Source of the DNA: Pseudomonadota bacterium
Lineage (GTDB): Bacteria > Bdellovibrionota_B > Oligoflexia > Oligoflexales > RGVZ01
DNA length: 51,512 nt
NCBI GenBank assembly: GCA_041178085.1
Contig: JBEGVZ010000112.1
Span: 1 to 51,512 of the forward strand
Direction: 5' to 3'
Shown here: piece after piece, positions 28,352 to 39,152 of the stretch
Layout: each line of letters opens with the position of its first letter
Numbering within the stretch: position 1 is the first letter of the stretch
Translations under genes and position numbers: made by a program
Notes under the pieces: model-generated
What the model was told of the DNA's origin: nothing
Databases searched by the model: none
Seen by the model: only the letters and a program-made list of their open reading frames with translations

Positions 28352-28519
28352 ATGACGTCGAAGACAACGAAACTGGTCAGGATCCGTGAGCGCAAAGTGT
28401 CGAAAGCAGGCCTGAAGCGCAAGAACGCAATCCGCAAAATCGGCACGACAGCCCCTGACCTTCCGCTGAACAAGCCGAACGCCAACGAACGCGCCTTGAA
28501 AAAGGCCGCTGCGAAGTAA
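28352..28519 (+). CDS. Small highly basic 55-aa protein (below the ORF-track cutoff)
   Basis: MTSKTTKLVRIRERKVSKAGLKRKNAIRKIGTTAPDLPLNKPNANERALKKAAAK; SD GGGAG at 28336-28340; TAA is immediately followed by the coaBC ATG. Confidence 0.75.
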   Translation: MTSKTTKLVRIRERKVSKAGLKRKNAIRKIGTTAPDLPLNKPNANERALKKAAAK

Positions 28520-29815
28520 ATGAAACGCCCGCAGACCTCTCGAACCCGGTCTCAGACTGGCTCGTCGCCAGCACCGGCTCCGGGTTCCGACTTGTCTGTT
28601 CGCCTCATTTCCGAGGCCCTGGCTGGTGTCCACCTTGACGTCGTCGTCAGTGGATCGATCGGCGCAGTCGAATCCATTCGTTTTATCAGATCGCTACGCC
28701 GCCTCGGTGCCGACGTCACTCCATGGTTGACCAGGGGCGGCGCTCAATTTGTCACACCCATGGCGGTGGGTTGGGCAGCCGCGCGCGAAACACGCATGGC
28801 GTTCGAAGCAGAAGCATCACACCTTGCCGAAGGCGCGGGCTGCATCGTTGCACCGGCATCCGCAAGCTTCATTGCCAAGATTGCCAACGGCATCACCGAC
28901 TCACCTGCATCCGCACTGGTGACCAGCTACATCGGCTCAGGTCGACCTGTGCTTGTGCTACCCAGCATGCATGACAGCCTGGCTGACGCACCCCAAGTCC
29001 GGAACAACCTGGAAAAGTTACGTGAATGTGGCGAAAACGTGGTGATTTTGGCGCCGCGACTCGAAGAGGGAAAACACAAGGTTCCCGAGCCCGCAGTCCT
29101 GGCCGACGAATGCGCGCACGCTTTCAACCGGATTGCCAACAAGACCCGCGGCCATGACGAGTCCGTGATGCTGACGATGGGCGGCACGCGCGCCTGGATT
29201 GATGACGTGCGCCACATCGGCAACTATTCTTCTGGTCGCCTGGGCACTGCCATCACGACAGAGCTGCACCGCATGGGTTTCCGTGTGCACGTCCTGGCTG
29301 CCGCTGCCGAGTTCCTGCCTGCATCATGCACGACGCTCACGCGCTGCCTGACCAACGAAGAACTGGACCGCGCTGCTGCGAAACTGCTTGCTGGGAAAGA
29401 TGCACCTGCTGCCATCGTGCATGCGGCGGCAGTGCTGGACTTTGCCCCTGCAAAAAAACGTGTGGGTAAGACGCCTTCCAGCGAAGAAAAGCTGCAAATC
29501 GAATTGACCGCGACACCAAAGATTCTGGCATCGTTCAAAGGCCCGTGCCTGGCCAAAGTCGCATTCAAGCTGGAAACTGACGCAGGGCTGGAACAAGCCA
29601 CGGCAATTGCGAAAAAGTACGTGACGGCCCATCAATTGACGATGATGGTCGTCAACAACCTGACGGACGTTGGACCGGATCGCCACAAGGGGCTTGTTTT
29701 TGAATGCCCTGCAGCAGGACAGCCGGTGGAACGGCCGTTTGAATGCAATTCCAGGGACGAACTGGCGAAGACGGTCGCCCGTCATGTCATGGAACGCCTG
29801 ACGCGTCACAACTGA
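28520..29815 (+). CDS. coaBC: Bifunctional phosphopantothenoylcysteine decarboxylase/synthetase (Dfp), archaeal-like CoaC domain
   Basis: VSGSIGA, APASASFIAKIANGITD, PSMH; CoaB motifs GGTRAWIDDVRHIGNYSSGRLG, HAAAVLDF, TPKIL, AFKLET, VVNN. Confidence 0.92.
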   Translation: MKRPQTSRTRSQTGSSPAPAPGSDLSVRLISEALAGVHLDVVVSGSIGAVESIRFIRSLRRLGADVTPWLTRGGAQFVTPMAVGWAAARETRMAFEAEASHLAEGAGCIVAPASASFIAKIANGITDSPASALVTSYIGSGRPVLVLPSMHDSLADAPQVRNNLEKLRECGENVVILAPRLEEGKHKVPEPAVLADECAHAFNRIANKTRGHDESVMLTMGGTRAWIDDVRHIGNYSSGRLGTAITTELHRMGFRVHVLAAAAEFLPASCTTLTRCLTNEELDRAAAKLLAGKDAPAAIVHAAAVLDFAPAKKRVGKTPSSEEKLQIELTATPKILASFKGPCLAKVAFKLETDAGLEQATAIAKKYVTAHQLTMMVVNNLTDVGPDRHKGLVFECPAAGQPVERPFECNSRDELAKTVARHVMERLTRHN

Positions 29816-29855
29816 ACCCTGATACAAATAAAACTGCACTGGGAAGACCTTCTCC

Positions 29856-30659
29856 ATGGACAGTCAAAAGTCATCGAAAGAAGAGAGACGCCACTTCCTT
29901 TACCGATTGTTCGCAGGCCTGGTCTTTTATATCTGTGCGCCCGTGTTGACTGCTTTTTGGGGAGGACTGGTCGGACTTTCCCAGTTTATCCCGGCATCGG
30001 GACCAGATGCCTATTCACGCCGTGCCCACAGGATCGCGGGACATTGGGGCAAGTCCATGTTCAGTGTCATCCCTGGCTGGCGGGTTGAAGTAACCGGATG
30101 GGAAAATCTTCCCGCCGATGGCGACGCGGTGGTGATGGTTGCCAATCATGAGAGCATGGTCGACATCCTCGTCATGTATTTCCTGGAAATCCAATTCCGA
30201 TGGCTAAGCAAGGAAAGCGTTTTCCGCATTCCAGTTGTGGGCCCCGCGATGCGTGCTTGCGGTTATATCCCAATCCTTCGTGGAGACAGGAACAGCCACG
30301 AACAGGCGCTTGCGTCCAGCGCTGTCTGGATCAAGCGTGGAATCAACATGTTCTTCTTTGCGGAAGGCACGCGTTCCGAGGTTCCTGGAACCATGCGTCC
30401 ATTCAAGATCGGTGCTTTCAAGCTCGCAAACGAGAACAACGTCGATGTCCTGCCTGTGGCCATCCGCGGGGCTGGCAAGCTGTGGCGAAAGAACGGACGC
30501 CTGCCCGACAGCGCCACGGTGCGCCTCAGGGTCTTGCCCCGCACGCGCATGCAAGAAGGCGAAACCTACGAGGCCTACGCCGCGCGCGTCCGGTCGGTCA
30601 TTGGATCGGCATGGACGGAGCTGGGTAACGAAGGTAATCCTGCAGCGCCTGCACCGTGA
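29856..30659 (+). CDS. plsC: 1-acyl-sn-glycerol-3-phosphate acyltransferase
   Basis: ANHESMVDI (NHxxxxD), FAEGTRS, PFKIGAF. The 3' end overlaps the convergent carB. Confidence 0.9.
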   Translation: MDSQKSSKEERRHFLYRLFAGLVFYICAPVLTAFWGGLVGLSQFIPASGPDAYSRRAHRIAGHWGKSMFSVIPGWRVEVTGWENLPADGDAVVMVANHESMVDILVMYFLEIQFRWLSKESVFRIPVVGPAMRACGYIPILRGDRNSHEQALASSAVWIKRGINMFFFAEGTRSEVPGTMRPFKIGAFKLANENNVDVLPVAIRGAGKLWRKNGRLPDSATVRLRVLPRTRMQEGETYEAYAARVRSVIGSAWTELGNEGNPAAPAP

Positions 30660-33600
30660 GAAACTGGCGATTCTGCACAAGTTCCACTGCTTCCACTGCG
30701 GCGCGGGCTGCAGCGATCGTCGTATAAGTCGGCACGCGCAATTCATTGGCCACAAGTCGAATGGACTTTGAATCCATCACCGGCTTCCGCCCCTCCGGGG
30801 TATTGATGACCAGGTCGATCTCACCCAGTCCCAGCGCATCGACGATGTGTGGCGATCCCTCGCGCACCTTGTTGACGCGCCGGACATCGATCCCTTGTTC
30901 CCGCAGGAAGTTGGCCGTACCATCCGTCGCAACCAGTGTGAACCCAAGACGGACCAATCGTCTTGCAACCTCTGGCAGCTGATGCTTATCCCCATCCTTG
31001 ATGCTCAAGAAGGCGGTTCCACCTTCGGGCAGGAAGATGCTTGATGCAAATTGGCTCTTGGCGAAAGCCCCGCCAAAGCTTTTTTGGATACCCATCACCT
31101 CGCCCGTTGATTTCATCTCCGGCCCCAGCACGGTATCGACACCTGCAAACTTCGAAAACGGGAATACCGAAGCCTTCACCGAGACATATCCCTCTGGCGC
31201 AACCTCTCTGGCCCCCAAAACCGCCAGACTGGTACCAGCCATCACCCGACTCGCAACCTTCGCCCACTGGACTCCCGTCGCCTTGCTGACGAACGGCACC
31301 GTGCGCGAAGCGCGCGGATTGGCTTCCAGGATGAAGACCTTTCCAGATTTCGGAACTGCGAATTGAATGTTCATCAAGCCAACCACCCGCAACTCCTTCG
31401 CCAGAAGGATGGCCTGTCGACGCATCTCGTCTACGATGCCACGAGGAAGGGTCTGTGGTGGCAAGCAGCAAGAGCTGTCACCGGAATGAATCCCGGCTGG
31501 CTCAATGTGCTCCATGACACCGGCTATCAGCACGTCCTTGCCATCACTGACGGCGTCGACGTCAACCTCGATCGCATCCTCAAGAAAACGATCGAGCAAA
31601 ACCGGCCGGTCGTGCGAGACCTCCACACCCTCCGTCATGTATGCATGCACTTCTTCCTCAGAGTAAAGAATGCGCATCGCGCGCCCGCCGAGTACGAAAG
31701 ACGGACGGATCATCAAGGGAAACCCTATTTGCCTGGCCGCCTCAATCGCCTCATCGGTGGACCGGGCCGTGGCCCCGGGCGGCTGCATCAAACCAAGTCT
31801 GGAAATCAGCGCAGAAAAACGCTCGCGATCCTCGGCAATATCGATCGAATCGACGGACGTTCCAATGACCGGGACACCAAGGGCTGCCAACTCAGCTGAG
31901 ATACGCAGAGGAGTCTGACCACCGAATTGGACGATCACACCCTCAGGTTTTTCGCGTTCGACGATGGCAAGGACCGACTCCACGGTCAGCGGCTCAAAGT
32001 ACAACCGGTCACTCGTATCGTAGTCGGTCGAAACAGTCTCCGGGTTGCAGTTGATCATGATTGTCTCAAAACCGTCAGCCCGCAGCGCCATCGAAGCATG
32101 CACGCAGCAATAATCGAATTCGATTCCCTGACCAATGCGGTTCGGACCAGCCCCGAGGATGACAATCTTGCGCCTGTTCGTGGGCAACGATTCCGAAGCA
32201 CCTTCCCAGGTTGAATAAAGATATGGCGTGCCCGCAACAAACTCGGCAGCACACGTATCAACCGACTTGAATGAGGGCGTGACCCCTAACTTCAAGCGTC
32301 GCGCACGCACCTCAGCCTCAGACGTTTCCAGCAGCGCGGCGATCCGCCTGTCAGTAAACCCATCCTGCTTCAACTCGCGCATTTCGACCGCGGACAGGGA
32401 CCCCAGCGACATGCCCTTAAGCGCCTCTTCCTGGCGAATGATTTCCTCGACGTGACCCAGGAACCACTTGTCTATGTGACTGCCTACGTGGACATCATCC
32501 AGGGAAAAGCCGCTGCGGAACGCCTCTCCCAACTGCCATAACCGCTCTGGTGTTGGCCGTGCACATGCGTCAAGAAGCTCAGCGTTGCCAAACCCAGCCA
32601 CATGCCTGACACCATCAAAACCGAATGATCCCAGCTCCATGGAGGCCATAGCCTTCTGCAGCGCTTCCTTGAAAGTGCGGCCGAACGACAGCACTTCACC
32701 CACGGACTTCATCTGGGTGCCAAGAGTTGCGTCGGCGAGGGGGAACTTCTCAAAATTGAATCGCGGGATCTTCACCACCACATAATCAATCGAGGGCTCG
32801 AAACAGGCTGGGGTCTCTTTGGTGATGTCATTGCGGATCTCATCGAGCGTATAACCCACGGCGAGTTTGGCCGCAATTTTTGCGATCGGAAACCCGGTAG
32901 CTTTCGACGCAAGCGCAGAACTGCGCGACACGCGCGGATTCATCTCGATCACGATGAACCGGCCATTTTGGGGATTGATCGCGAACTGGACGTTGGATCC
33001 GCCAGTATCAACACCGATGCGACGAATGACCTTGATCGCAGCATCGCGGAGCAATTGATATTCCTTGTCCGTAAGCGTCTGGATCGGCGCCACCGTGATT
33101 GAGTCGCCGGTGTGCACACCCATCGGATCGAAATTTTCGATGCCACAGATGATCACCACATTGTCCTTGGTGTCACGCATGACCTCGAGCTCAATCTCCT
33201 TCCATCCAATCAGCGATTCTTCGATCAGAACCTCGCGATTGGGACTCGCGGCCAGCGCGATCGAAACTTTCCGGTTCAGTTCCCCCGGTGCACGGACGAT
33301 CCCTCCTCCGGTACCTCCCAGGGTCCGGGATGGACGTAAAATCATTGGATAACCAAGTTTCTTGGCTGCTTCCTCTGCGTCCTTGACTGATGTGACGATC
33401 ACCGACCGCGCCGACTCGAGCCCGATGTCATCCATCGCCTTGCGAAACAGCTCACGGTCCTCTGCGGTCTTGATGGCATCCACATTGGCGCCGATGAGCT
33501 CGCAGCCATACTTTTCGAACACCCCACGCTCCGCCAGTTCCAGGGCCGTGTTCAACGCCGTCTGCCCACCCATCGTGGGAAGCACCGCGTCGGGGCGCTC

Positions 33601-33840
33601 GATGCGGATGATCTCTTCGACAAAATCCGCTGTGATGGGTTCGATGTAAGTCCGGTCCGCAAACTCCGGGTCGGTCATGATCGTCGCAGGATTCGAATTG
33701 ACCAGGATGACCTTGTAACCTTCCTGTTTGAGCGCCTTGATCGCCTGCGTGCCGGAGTAATCAAACTCACACGCCTGCCCAATGACGATCGGTCCGGAGC
33801 CGATCAACAGAATCGATTTGATGTCGTTTCTCTTTGGCAT
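30598..33840 (-). CDS. carB: Carbamoyl-phosphate synthase large subunit
   Basis: [30 protein letters not shown], duplicated ATP-grasp domains, C-terminal MGS domain; 1080 aa. Confidence 0.98.
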   Translation of the reverse strand: MPKRNDIKSILLIGSGPIVIGQACEFDYSGTQAIKALKQEGYKVILVNSNPATIMTDPEFADRTYIEPITADFVEEIIRIERPDAVLPTMGGQTALNTALELAERGVFEKYGCELIGANVDAIKTAEDRELFRKAMDDIGLESARSVIVTSVKDAEEAAKKLGYPMILRPSRTLGGTGGGIVRAPGELNRKVSIALAASPNREVLIEESLIGWKEIELEVMRDTKDNVVIICGIENFDPMGVHTGDSITVAPIQTLTDKEYQLLRDAAIKVIRRIGVDTGGSNVQFAINPQNGRFIVIEMNPRVSRSSALASKATGFPIAKIAAKLAVGYTLDEIRNDITKETPACFEPSIDYVVVKIPRFNFEKFPLADATLGTQMKSVGEVLSFGRTFKEALQKAMASMELGSFGFDGVRHVAGFGNAELLDACARPTPERLWQLGEAFRSGFSLDDVHVGSHIDKWFLGHVEEIIRQEEALKGMSLGSLSAVEMRELKQDGFTDRRIAALLETSEAEVRARRLKLGVTPSFKSVDTCAAEFVAGTPYLYSTWEGASESLPTNRRKIVILGAGPNRIGQGIEFDYCCVHASMALRADGFETIMINCNPETVSTDYDTSDRLYFEPLTVESVLAIVEREKPEGVIVQFGGQTPLRISAELAALGVPVIGTSVDSIDIAEDRERFSALISRLGLMQPPGATARSTDEAIEAARQIGFPLMIRPSFVLGGRAMRILYSEEEVHAYMTEGVEVSHDRPVLLDRFLEDAIEVDVDAVSDGKDVLIAGVMEHIEPAGIHSGDSSCCLPPQTLPRGIVDEMRRQAILLAKELRVVGLMNIQFAVPKSGKVFILEANPRASRTVPFVSKATGVQWAKVASRVMAGTSLAVLGAREVAPEGYVSVKASVFPFSKFAGVDTVLGPEMKSTGEVMGIQKSFGGAFAKSQFASSIFLPEGGTAFLSIKDGDKHQLPEVARRLVRLGFTLVATDGTANFLREQGIDVRRVNKVREGSPHIVDALGLGEIDLVINTPEGRKPVMDSKSIRLVANELRVPTYTTIAAARAAVEAVELVQNRQFLTVQALQDYLRYPAPSMPIQ

Positions 33841-33859
33841 GTCAGAACTCGCCTCCCTT

Positions 33860-33887
33860 TTACGACCCCGTTACGACCCCGTTACGA
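33860..33887. repeat. 11-bp tandem repeat (TTACGACCCCG x2 plus partial TTACGA) in the carA-carB spacer
   Basis: Seen directly, just upstream of the carB SD. Confidence 0.8.
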
Positions 33888-33903
33888 ATCTGATCCGACC
33901 CTG

Positions 33904-35118
33904 TCACGCGCTGCTGCCGTCCGTCACAAGACGGTAAAAACGCTCGAAAAGATACCGTGAATCATGCGGTCCGGGTGAAGCTTCTGGATGATACTGGACC
34001 GAGAAGGCCCGCAACTCCTTGGCCTCAAGCCCCTCGACTGTCATGTCGTTCAAATTGACGTGTGACACAAAGGCCTGATTGACGACAGAGGCACTGTCGA
34101 CTGCAAAGCCGTGGTTCTGCGCAGTGATTTCGACCTTTCCGGTGGACTGGTCACGGACCGGGTGATTGCCCCCGCGGTGGCCGAATTTGAGTTTGTAAGT
34201 CTTGCCCCCGAGGGCCTGAGCCAGTATTTGATGACCAAGGCAGATGCCAAACACAGGCACACGACCCAGGATCTCGCGCACCGGATCAATCACATAATCA
34301 AGGGTCGCCGGGTCCCCGGGGCCATTCGACAAGAACACGCCGTCTGGACGCAGGGCCATGATATCTGCGCCCGCGGTGCCTGCCGGCACAACCGTCACCC
34401 GGAAGCCAACTTGGACCAATAACCGGAGGATGTTCGTCTTGACCCCGCAATCAACAGCAACCACATGCGGACGAGACGCCAGCTGGTCTTTTGGAACGCG
34501 ATTCTGGCTCCCGCGACCAAGACGCCACGGCAAGTAGTCCCAGGTGTACGCTTCCTTGCAGGTGACTTGCTTGACGTAGTCCTTGCCCTCCATGGAACCT
34601 GCGGACTTCGCCCGCTGAACCAGGTCGTCCGGGTGGATTCCGTCACCACCCGCCATCACTGCCATCTGCGCACCATGCGTCCGCAGCGCAATCACCAGCT
34701 CACGAGTATCGATTCCCTCGATACCCATCACGTTGCTGCGGGCCAGGTAATCAGGCAGGGACACCGTCGCCCGGAAATTGGAGGGAACCTTGTGGGCTGC
34801 CCGGACGACCACACCCTCCACATGAACCCGGGAGGATTCGGCGTCTTCTTCGTTACATCCAACATTTCCAATGTGCGGCGAGGTGAAGGTCATGATCTGA
34901 CCTGCGTAGCTCGGGTCCGTCAAAATCTCCTGGTAGCCGTACATGGAAGTGTTGAAGACCAGCTCCCCCAAAACAGGGTTGCCTTCCCCGCGCAACGCCC
35001 CGAAACACTTGCCCTTGAAAACGATCCCGTTGGCAAGAGCCACATATCCCGGCTCGCCCCTGGCTTGCAGCACTGAACTGGTGGAATCACCGCTGTGAAT
35101 CTGCAAGGAGCCTCCCAT
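33904..35118 (-). CDS. carA: Carbamoyl-phosphate synthase small subunit
   Basis: GELVFNTSMYGYQEILTDPSY, LSNGPGDP, FGICLGHQ, GHRGGNHPV, QYHPEASPGPHD. Confidence 0.97.
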   Translation of the reverse strand: MGGSLQIHSGDSTSSVLQARGEPGYVALANGIVFKGKCFGALRGEGNPVLGELVFNTSMYGYQEILTDPSYAGQIMTFTSPHIGNVGCNEEDAESSRVHVEGVVVRAAHKVPSNFRATVSLPDYLARSNVMGIEGIDTRELVIALRTHGAQMAVMAGGDGIHPDDLVQRAKSAGSMEGKDYVKQVTCKEAYTWDYLPWRLGRGSQNRVPKDQLASRPHVVAVDCGVKTNILRLLVQVGFRVTVVPAGTAGADIMALRPDGVFLSNGPGDPATLDYVIDPVREILGRVPVFGICLGHQILAQALGGKTYKLKFGHRGGNHPVRDQSTGKVEITAQNHGFAVDSASVVNQAFVSHVNLNDMTVEGLEAKELRAFSVQYHPEASPGPHDSRYLFERFYRLVTDGSSA

Positions 35119-36397
35119 GCGCTACGACTTGTTTACCACCCACGAAAACGTGATCGGTTGCACCGACCAGCTTCCTGCCAAGAAATGGGCTGTTTTTTGA
35201 TTTGGAACGCACCAGGTCTTCGGAAAAAATCCATTCGCGTTTTGGATCCAGCACAATCACATCCGCCGGGCTTCCCTTCCGGATGGATCCGTAAGGAAGG
35301 CCAAACGCCTTTGCCGGACCAGCGCAGAGGAGATCAACCATGCGTGTGCGTGACATGGTGCCAGCCAGGCACATTTCCACCAGCAAGGGTAAGCTGGTTT
35401 GCAGTCCAAGGACACCAACTGCAGCCCGCGAAAATTCCACTTGCTTGCTGTCCCGGTCGTGCGGCGCATGATCACTTGCGATCGCATCAATGGTGCCGTC
35501 AGCAAGGCCAGCAAAAAGCCCTTGGACATCCTCGTGATCCTTGAGCGGCGGCATCATTTTGCAGTTGGTATCGTAGCCTTCGACCGCCTGATCGCTCAGG
35601 ACAAGGTGATGCGGCGCCACTTCGCACGTAACAGGGATCCCGTCGTTCTTGGCGCGCCGGATCAACTCGACACCCCTTGCCGTTGACACATGACAGATGT
35701 GCACCTTACCCCGCGTGAAGCGCGCAAGCTCAATGTCACGGGCGATCATCACGTCCTCTGCAACCCCAGGAAATCCCTTGAGCCCCATCCGCAGCGACAG
35801 GGGAGATTCATTCATGCACCCGCCGCAGCTCAGGTTGCGGTCCTCCTCATGGCAAGCCAACGGAAGGCCCAGCATCAGGCACCACTCAAGAGCGCGACGC
35901 ATCAATCCGGCGTCAGCGACTGGATCGCCGTCGTCGGAAAAAGCGACGCAACCGGCCTTGGCAAGTTCGGAATACGGAGCAATCTGCTTGCCCTTGCGCT
36001 CCATGGACACGGCCCCGATCGGCAAAACACGCGCCGCACCGGCTGAAAGCGCCTTCTCCAGGATGAATCGAGTGATCTCCGCAGAATCGTTCGCAGGCTT
36101 CGTGTTGGGCATGCAGCAAATCGAAGTGTAACCACCAAGGACCGCTGCCTCGGCTCCGGTCTGGATGGTTTCCTTCCATTCCTCGCCGGGCTCACGCAGG
36201 TGCACGTGCAGGTCAACACACCCGGGCATGACCCATTTGCCAGCGGCTTCAACGCGACGGACATCCATCGTTGACCGGAAAGCTCCAGGTTTCTCAATCG
36301 CGGCGACCACACCATCCTGGATCAATACGTCAAAACTGCCGTCGATCCCCGACGCTGCGTCAATTACGTGACCACCTTCAATCACCACTGGCTGCAT
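35087..36397 (-). CDS. pyrC: Dihydroorotase (class I)
   Basis: DLHVHLREPG, MPNT, FSDDG, HICHVS, ASDHAPH, SKNSPF. Start placed at ATG 36397. Confidence 0.95.
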   Translation of the reverse strand: MQPVVIEGGHVIDAASGIDGSFDVLIQDGVVAAIEKPGAFRSTMDVRRVEAAGKWVMPGCVDLHVHLREPGEEWKETIQTGAEAAVLGGYTSICCMPNTKPANDSAEITRFILEKALSAGAARVLPIGAVSMERKGKQIAPYSELAKAGCVAFSDDGDPVADAGLMRRALEWCLMLGLPLACHEEDRNLSCGGCMNESPLSLRMGLKGFPGVAEDVMIARDIELARFTRGKVHICHVSTARGVELIRRAKNDGIPVTCEVAPHHLVLSDQAVEGYDTNCKMMPPLKDHEDVQGLFAGLADGTIDAIASDHAPHDRDSKQVEFSRAAVGVLGLQTSLPLLVEMCLAGTMSRTRMVDLLCAGPAKAFGLPYGSIRKGSPADVIVLDPKREWIFSEDLVRSKSKNSPFLGRKLVGATDHVFVGGKQVVAHGRLLADSQR

Positions 36398-36431
36398 TCT
36401 GGTCACCCCCCAATTTGATTTCTTTTGGTCT

Positions 36432-37406
36432 CTAAGTCGTAGTCTGGCCACTGCGCTCGGGACTTGCTCCGGGGCTTCCGGCCAGCAGGTACAGAACCGC
36501 CATCCGCACCGCTACCCCGTTGCTCACTTGCCGCAGGATGAGCGACCGCGGACCATCCGCCACCTCACCCGATATTTCAGTCCCGCGATTCAATGGACCG
36601 GGATGCAAAACAACACTCCCAGGGGCAAATTGCCGAAGCAAACGCTCCGACACGCAGTATTCTTTGCTGTATTCATCCAGATTCGGAACAAAGTTCTGGT
36701 CCTGGCGCTCAAGCTGCATGCGCAGGCAAACGACCACATCGAGGTCCCTCAGGCCCTCCGACAGGTCGTGAAACACCGAGACCCTCTCGCTGCCGAACAC
36801 CTGCACGAAATCTTGCGGGACCAGCGTGGGTGGGCCGATCAAACGGACTTCGTTGCCAAGCGCAAGGTGTGCCCAGACATTGCTGCGCGCGACCCGCGAA
36901 TGGCGGACGTCGCCAACGAATCCGACCCGCAAACCCTCAATCCCCCGACCAAACTGGGCAAAATGCTGCCGAATGGTCAACAGATCCAGCAATGCTTGCG
37001 TGGGATGCTCGTGGGCTCCGTCACCGGCATTGACGATCGAAGTGCTGGTAAGGTGCTTCGCTGCAAATTGAGCCGCACCACTCTCTGAGTGCCGGATGAC
37101 GAGAACATCCGGGCGCATTGATTCAAGGGTGCGGATCGTGTCGAGGAGCGTCTCCCCCTTCTGCACGGAGCTTGAATTAATGCTGACATTGATCGTATCC
37201 GCCGACAGGCGTTTTCCGGCGATATCGAAACTGGCGAGGGTGCGGGTACTCGGTTCGAAGAACACGTGGACGATGGTTTTGCCGCGCAGATCCGGGACTT
37301 TTTTGATGTCTCGTTCAGAGACTTCGACGAAAGAAAGGCCAACGTCGAGGTACCGATAAATTTCGGTCTTCGAAAGTCCGTTTATGCCCAGCAAGTGGTC
37401 GACCAT
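36432..37406 (-). CDS. pyrB: Aspartate carbamoyltransferase catalytic subunit
   Basis: FFEPSTRT, KGETLLDT, NAGDGAHEHPTQALLD, HSRVARSN, RMQLER, HPGPLNRG. Confidence 0.97.
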   Translation of the reverse strand: MVDHLLGINGLSKTEIYRYLDVGLSFVEVSERDIKKVPDLRGKTIVHVFFEPSTRTLASFDIAGKRLSADTINVSINSSSVQKGETLLDTIRTLESMRPDVLVIRHSESGAAQFAAKHLTSTSIVNAGDGAHEHPTQALLDLLTIRQHFAQFGRGIEGLRVGFVGDVRHSRVARSNVWAHLALGNEVRLIGPPTLVPQDFVQVFGSERVSVFHDLSEGLRDLDVVVCLRMQLERQDQNFVPNLDEYSKEYCVSERLLRQFAPGSVVLHPGPLNRGTEISGEVADGPRSLILRQVSNGVAVRMAVLYLLAGSPGASPERSGQTTT

Positions 37407-37466
37407 CGAGTCCTCAGTAAACCTCTTTTGGAGGATTTTTACAAGGGCGTGCTGCCAGCCCAGCGT

Positions 37467-38546
37467 TCAGCGCGTGCATGCCTGGTCCACCAGCGCCTCC
37501 TCCGCCCCCGACGGATTGACCAGGGTGATGTGCCCGAGTTTCCGGCCGGGCCGCTCCAACTTGTCGTAGAGGTGAACCACAGCGTTTGGAAGCTCCCGGA
37601 CTTTTTCTAACTCAGGCACCTTGCCGACAATGTTGTACATCACCGCACGAGAAACCAACTTCGCCTCCCCGATCGCCGCTCCCGTCACGGCAAGGATGTG
37701 GTTGGTAAACTGGCTGGTTTCAAAGCTCTCAATCGTCGCGTGACCGGAATTGTGTACCCGGGGGGCCATCTCGTTGGCCACAATGCCCCCATTTACCTCA
37801 AAAAGCTCCACGGTCAGTGTGCCGACGTAGTCCAGAGCACCAAGAACCTTGGTGATCGCAGCGAAGGCGAACGTCTGGACCTGGTCCGGGACATCCGGTG
37901 CCGGAATCTCACTCCGGTGCAGGATGCCATTGATGTGAACGTTGTGGATCAAAGGATAAAAGGCAATCGCACCCAGCTGGTCCCTGGTGGCGACCACTGA
38001 CAGCTCGCGGGAGAAGGGGATGAATTCCTCAACGATCACGGGCACACCCTGCAGGGTTTTCCAGGCTCCTGCCACATCAGCGGGACCGGAGATCCGGACC
38101 TGCCCCTTGCCGTCGTAGCCAAAACGACGCGCCTTTGCGATACACGGGTAGCCGACAGCTTCACATGCCTTCAGTAAGTCCGGCTCAGAGGATGCGGCCT
38201 GGAAACGCGGGGTACCGACCCCCAGATTGCGAAGGAATTCCTTTTCAACCAAACGATCCTGCGAGACCTCAAGGGCTTTTGGGGGAGGATAGACTGGCTT
38301 GAAGCCCTCAAGAAAACGGGCAACCTCACATGGAACGTTCTCAAATTCGTAAGTGATCACATCGCATTGGCCGGCGAATTCTTGAAGGGCCCTGTAATCG
38401 TCGAAACCAGCCTCGGTCACTGGACCCAGACCGGCCGTCGCGGTGTTTGCGGAAACATCGTAAAACGAACAGGAATGATCCAACCGGGAACTCGCTTGAG
38501 CCAGCATTCGACCGAGTTGCCCAGATCCAAGAATGCCGATCCGCAT
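37467..38546 (-). CDS. purK: N5-carboxyaminoimidazole ribonucleotide synthase
   Basis: IGILGSGQLGRML, TYEFENV, GYDGKGQ, NEMAPRVHNSGH, RKLGH. Confidence 0.96.
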   Translation of the reverse strand: MRIGILGSGQLGRMLAQASSRLDHSCSFYDVSANTATAGLGPVTEAGFDDYRALQEFAGQCDVITYEFENVPCEVARFLEGFKPVYPPPKALEVSQDRLVEKEFLRNLGVGTPRFQAASSEPDLLKACEAVGYPCIAKARRFGYDGKGQVRISGPADVAGAWKTLQGVPVIVEEFIPFSRELSVVATRDQLGAIAFYPLIHNVHINGILHRSEIPAPDVPDQVQTFAFAAITKVLGALDYVGTLTVELFEVNGGIVANEMAPRVHNSGHATIESFETSQFTNHILAVTGAAIGEAKLVSRAVMYNIVGKVPELEKVRELPNAVVHLYDKLERPGRKLGHITLVNPSGAEEALVDQACTR

Positions 38547-38554
38547 GGGAGTTC

Positions 38555-39064
38555 CTATTCCCTCACAGGAGGGGGAAAGGGTTCGTTGAGGACGTCCTCT
38601 GTCTGTTTCGCGCGAAAGGCCTGAAGCGCCTTGGCAATGGCCGGGTCGTCCAGGCCAAGAATGCTGGCCGCGAGCAGCGCGGCATTGGTGGCCCCCGCCT
38701 TGCCGATTGCCACAGTTGCCACCGGGACACCGGCAGGCATTTGTACGATCGACAACAACGAATCCAGGCCGTTGAGTGCTCTGGACTCCACTGGAACTCC
38801 GATCACAGGCAGGTGAGTCAACGACGCGATCATCCCAGGAAGATGCGCCGCTCCACCCGCACCGGCGATGATCACCTTGACCCCGCGGGCCGCGGCTTCA
38901 CTGGCCCATGACATCAGCAGGTGCGGGGTACGGTGGGCCGAAACGACCCGGGTCTCGTGGGGGATCTCAAGCGATGCCAGCGTTTTTGAAGCGGATTCCA
39001 AGGTCCTCCAGTCTGAGGAGGACCCCATTACGACACCAACGAGGGGGTTGCTGGCTACCGACAT
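38555..39064 (-). CDS. purE: N5-carboxyaminoimidazole ribonucleotide mutase
   Basis: [48 protein letters not shown]. Confidence 0.97.
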   Translation of the reverse strand: MSVASNPLVGVVMGSSSDWRTLESASKTLASLEIPHETRVVSAHRTPHLLMSWASEAAARGVKVIIAGAGGAAHLPGMIASLTHLPVIGVPVESRALNGLDSLLSIVQMPAGVPVATVAIGKAGATNAALLAASILGLDDPAIAKALQAFRAKQTEDVLNEPFPPPVRE

Positions 39065-39070
39065 GGCGGG

Positions 39071-39100
39071 AGGTTACACAGGAACTTAAATCGTCGTCAA
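39071..39100 (-). promoter_or_regulatory. Putative sigma70 promoter giving a leaderless purE transcript
   Basis: Minus strand TTGACG-N18-TAACCT preceded by TGTG (extended -10), 6 nt before the ATG; no SD. Confidence 0.55.
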
Positions 39101-39152
39101 GGAATTCAGGACGTTCAAATGAGCCAAGGCGCGATTCAAAGTCTGAAAGCAA

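Noticed and set aside
30598..30659. 62-nt convergent overlap of plsC and carB as antisense regulation
   Set aside because: Both tails are short extensions beyond the conserved domains; tight packing is common throughout this window.
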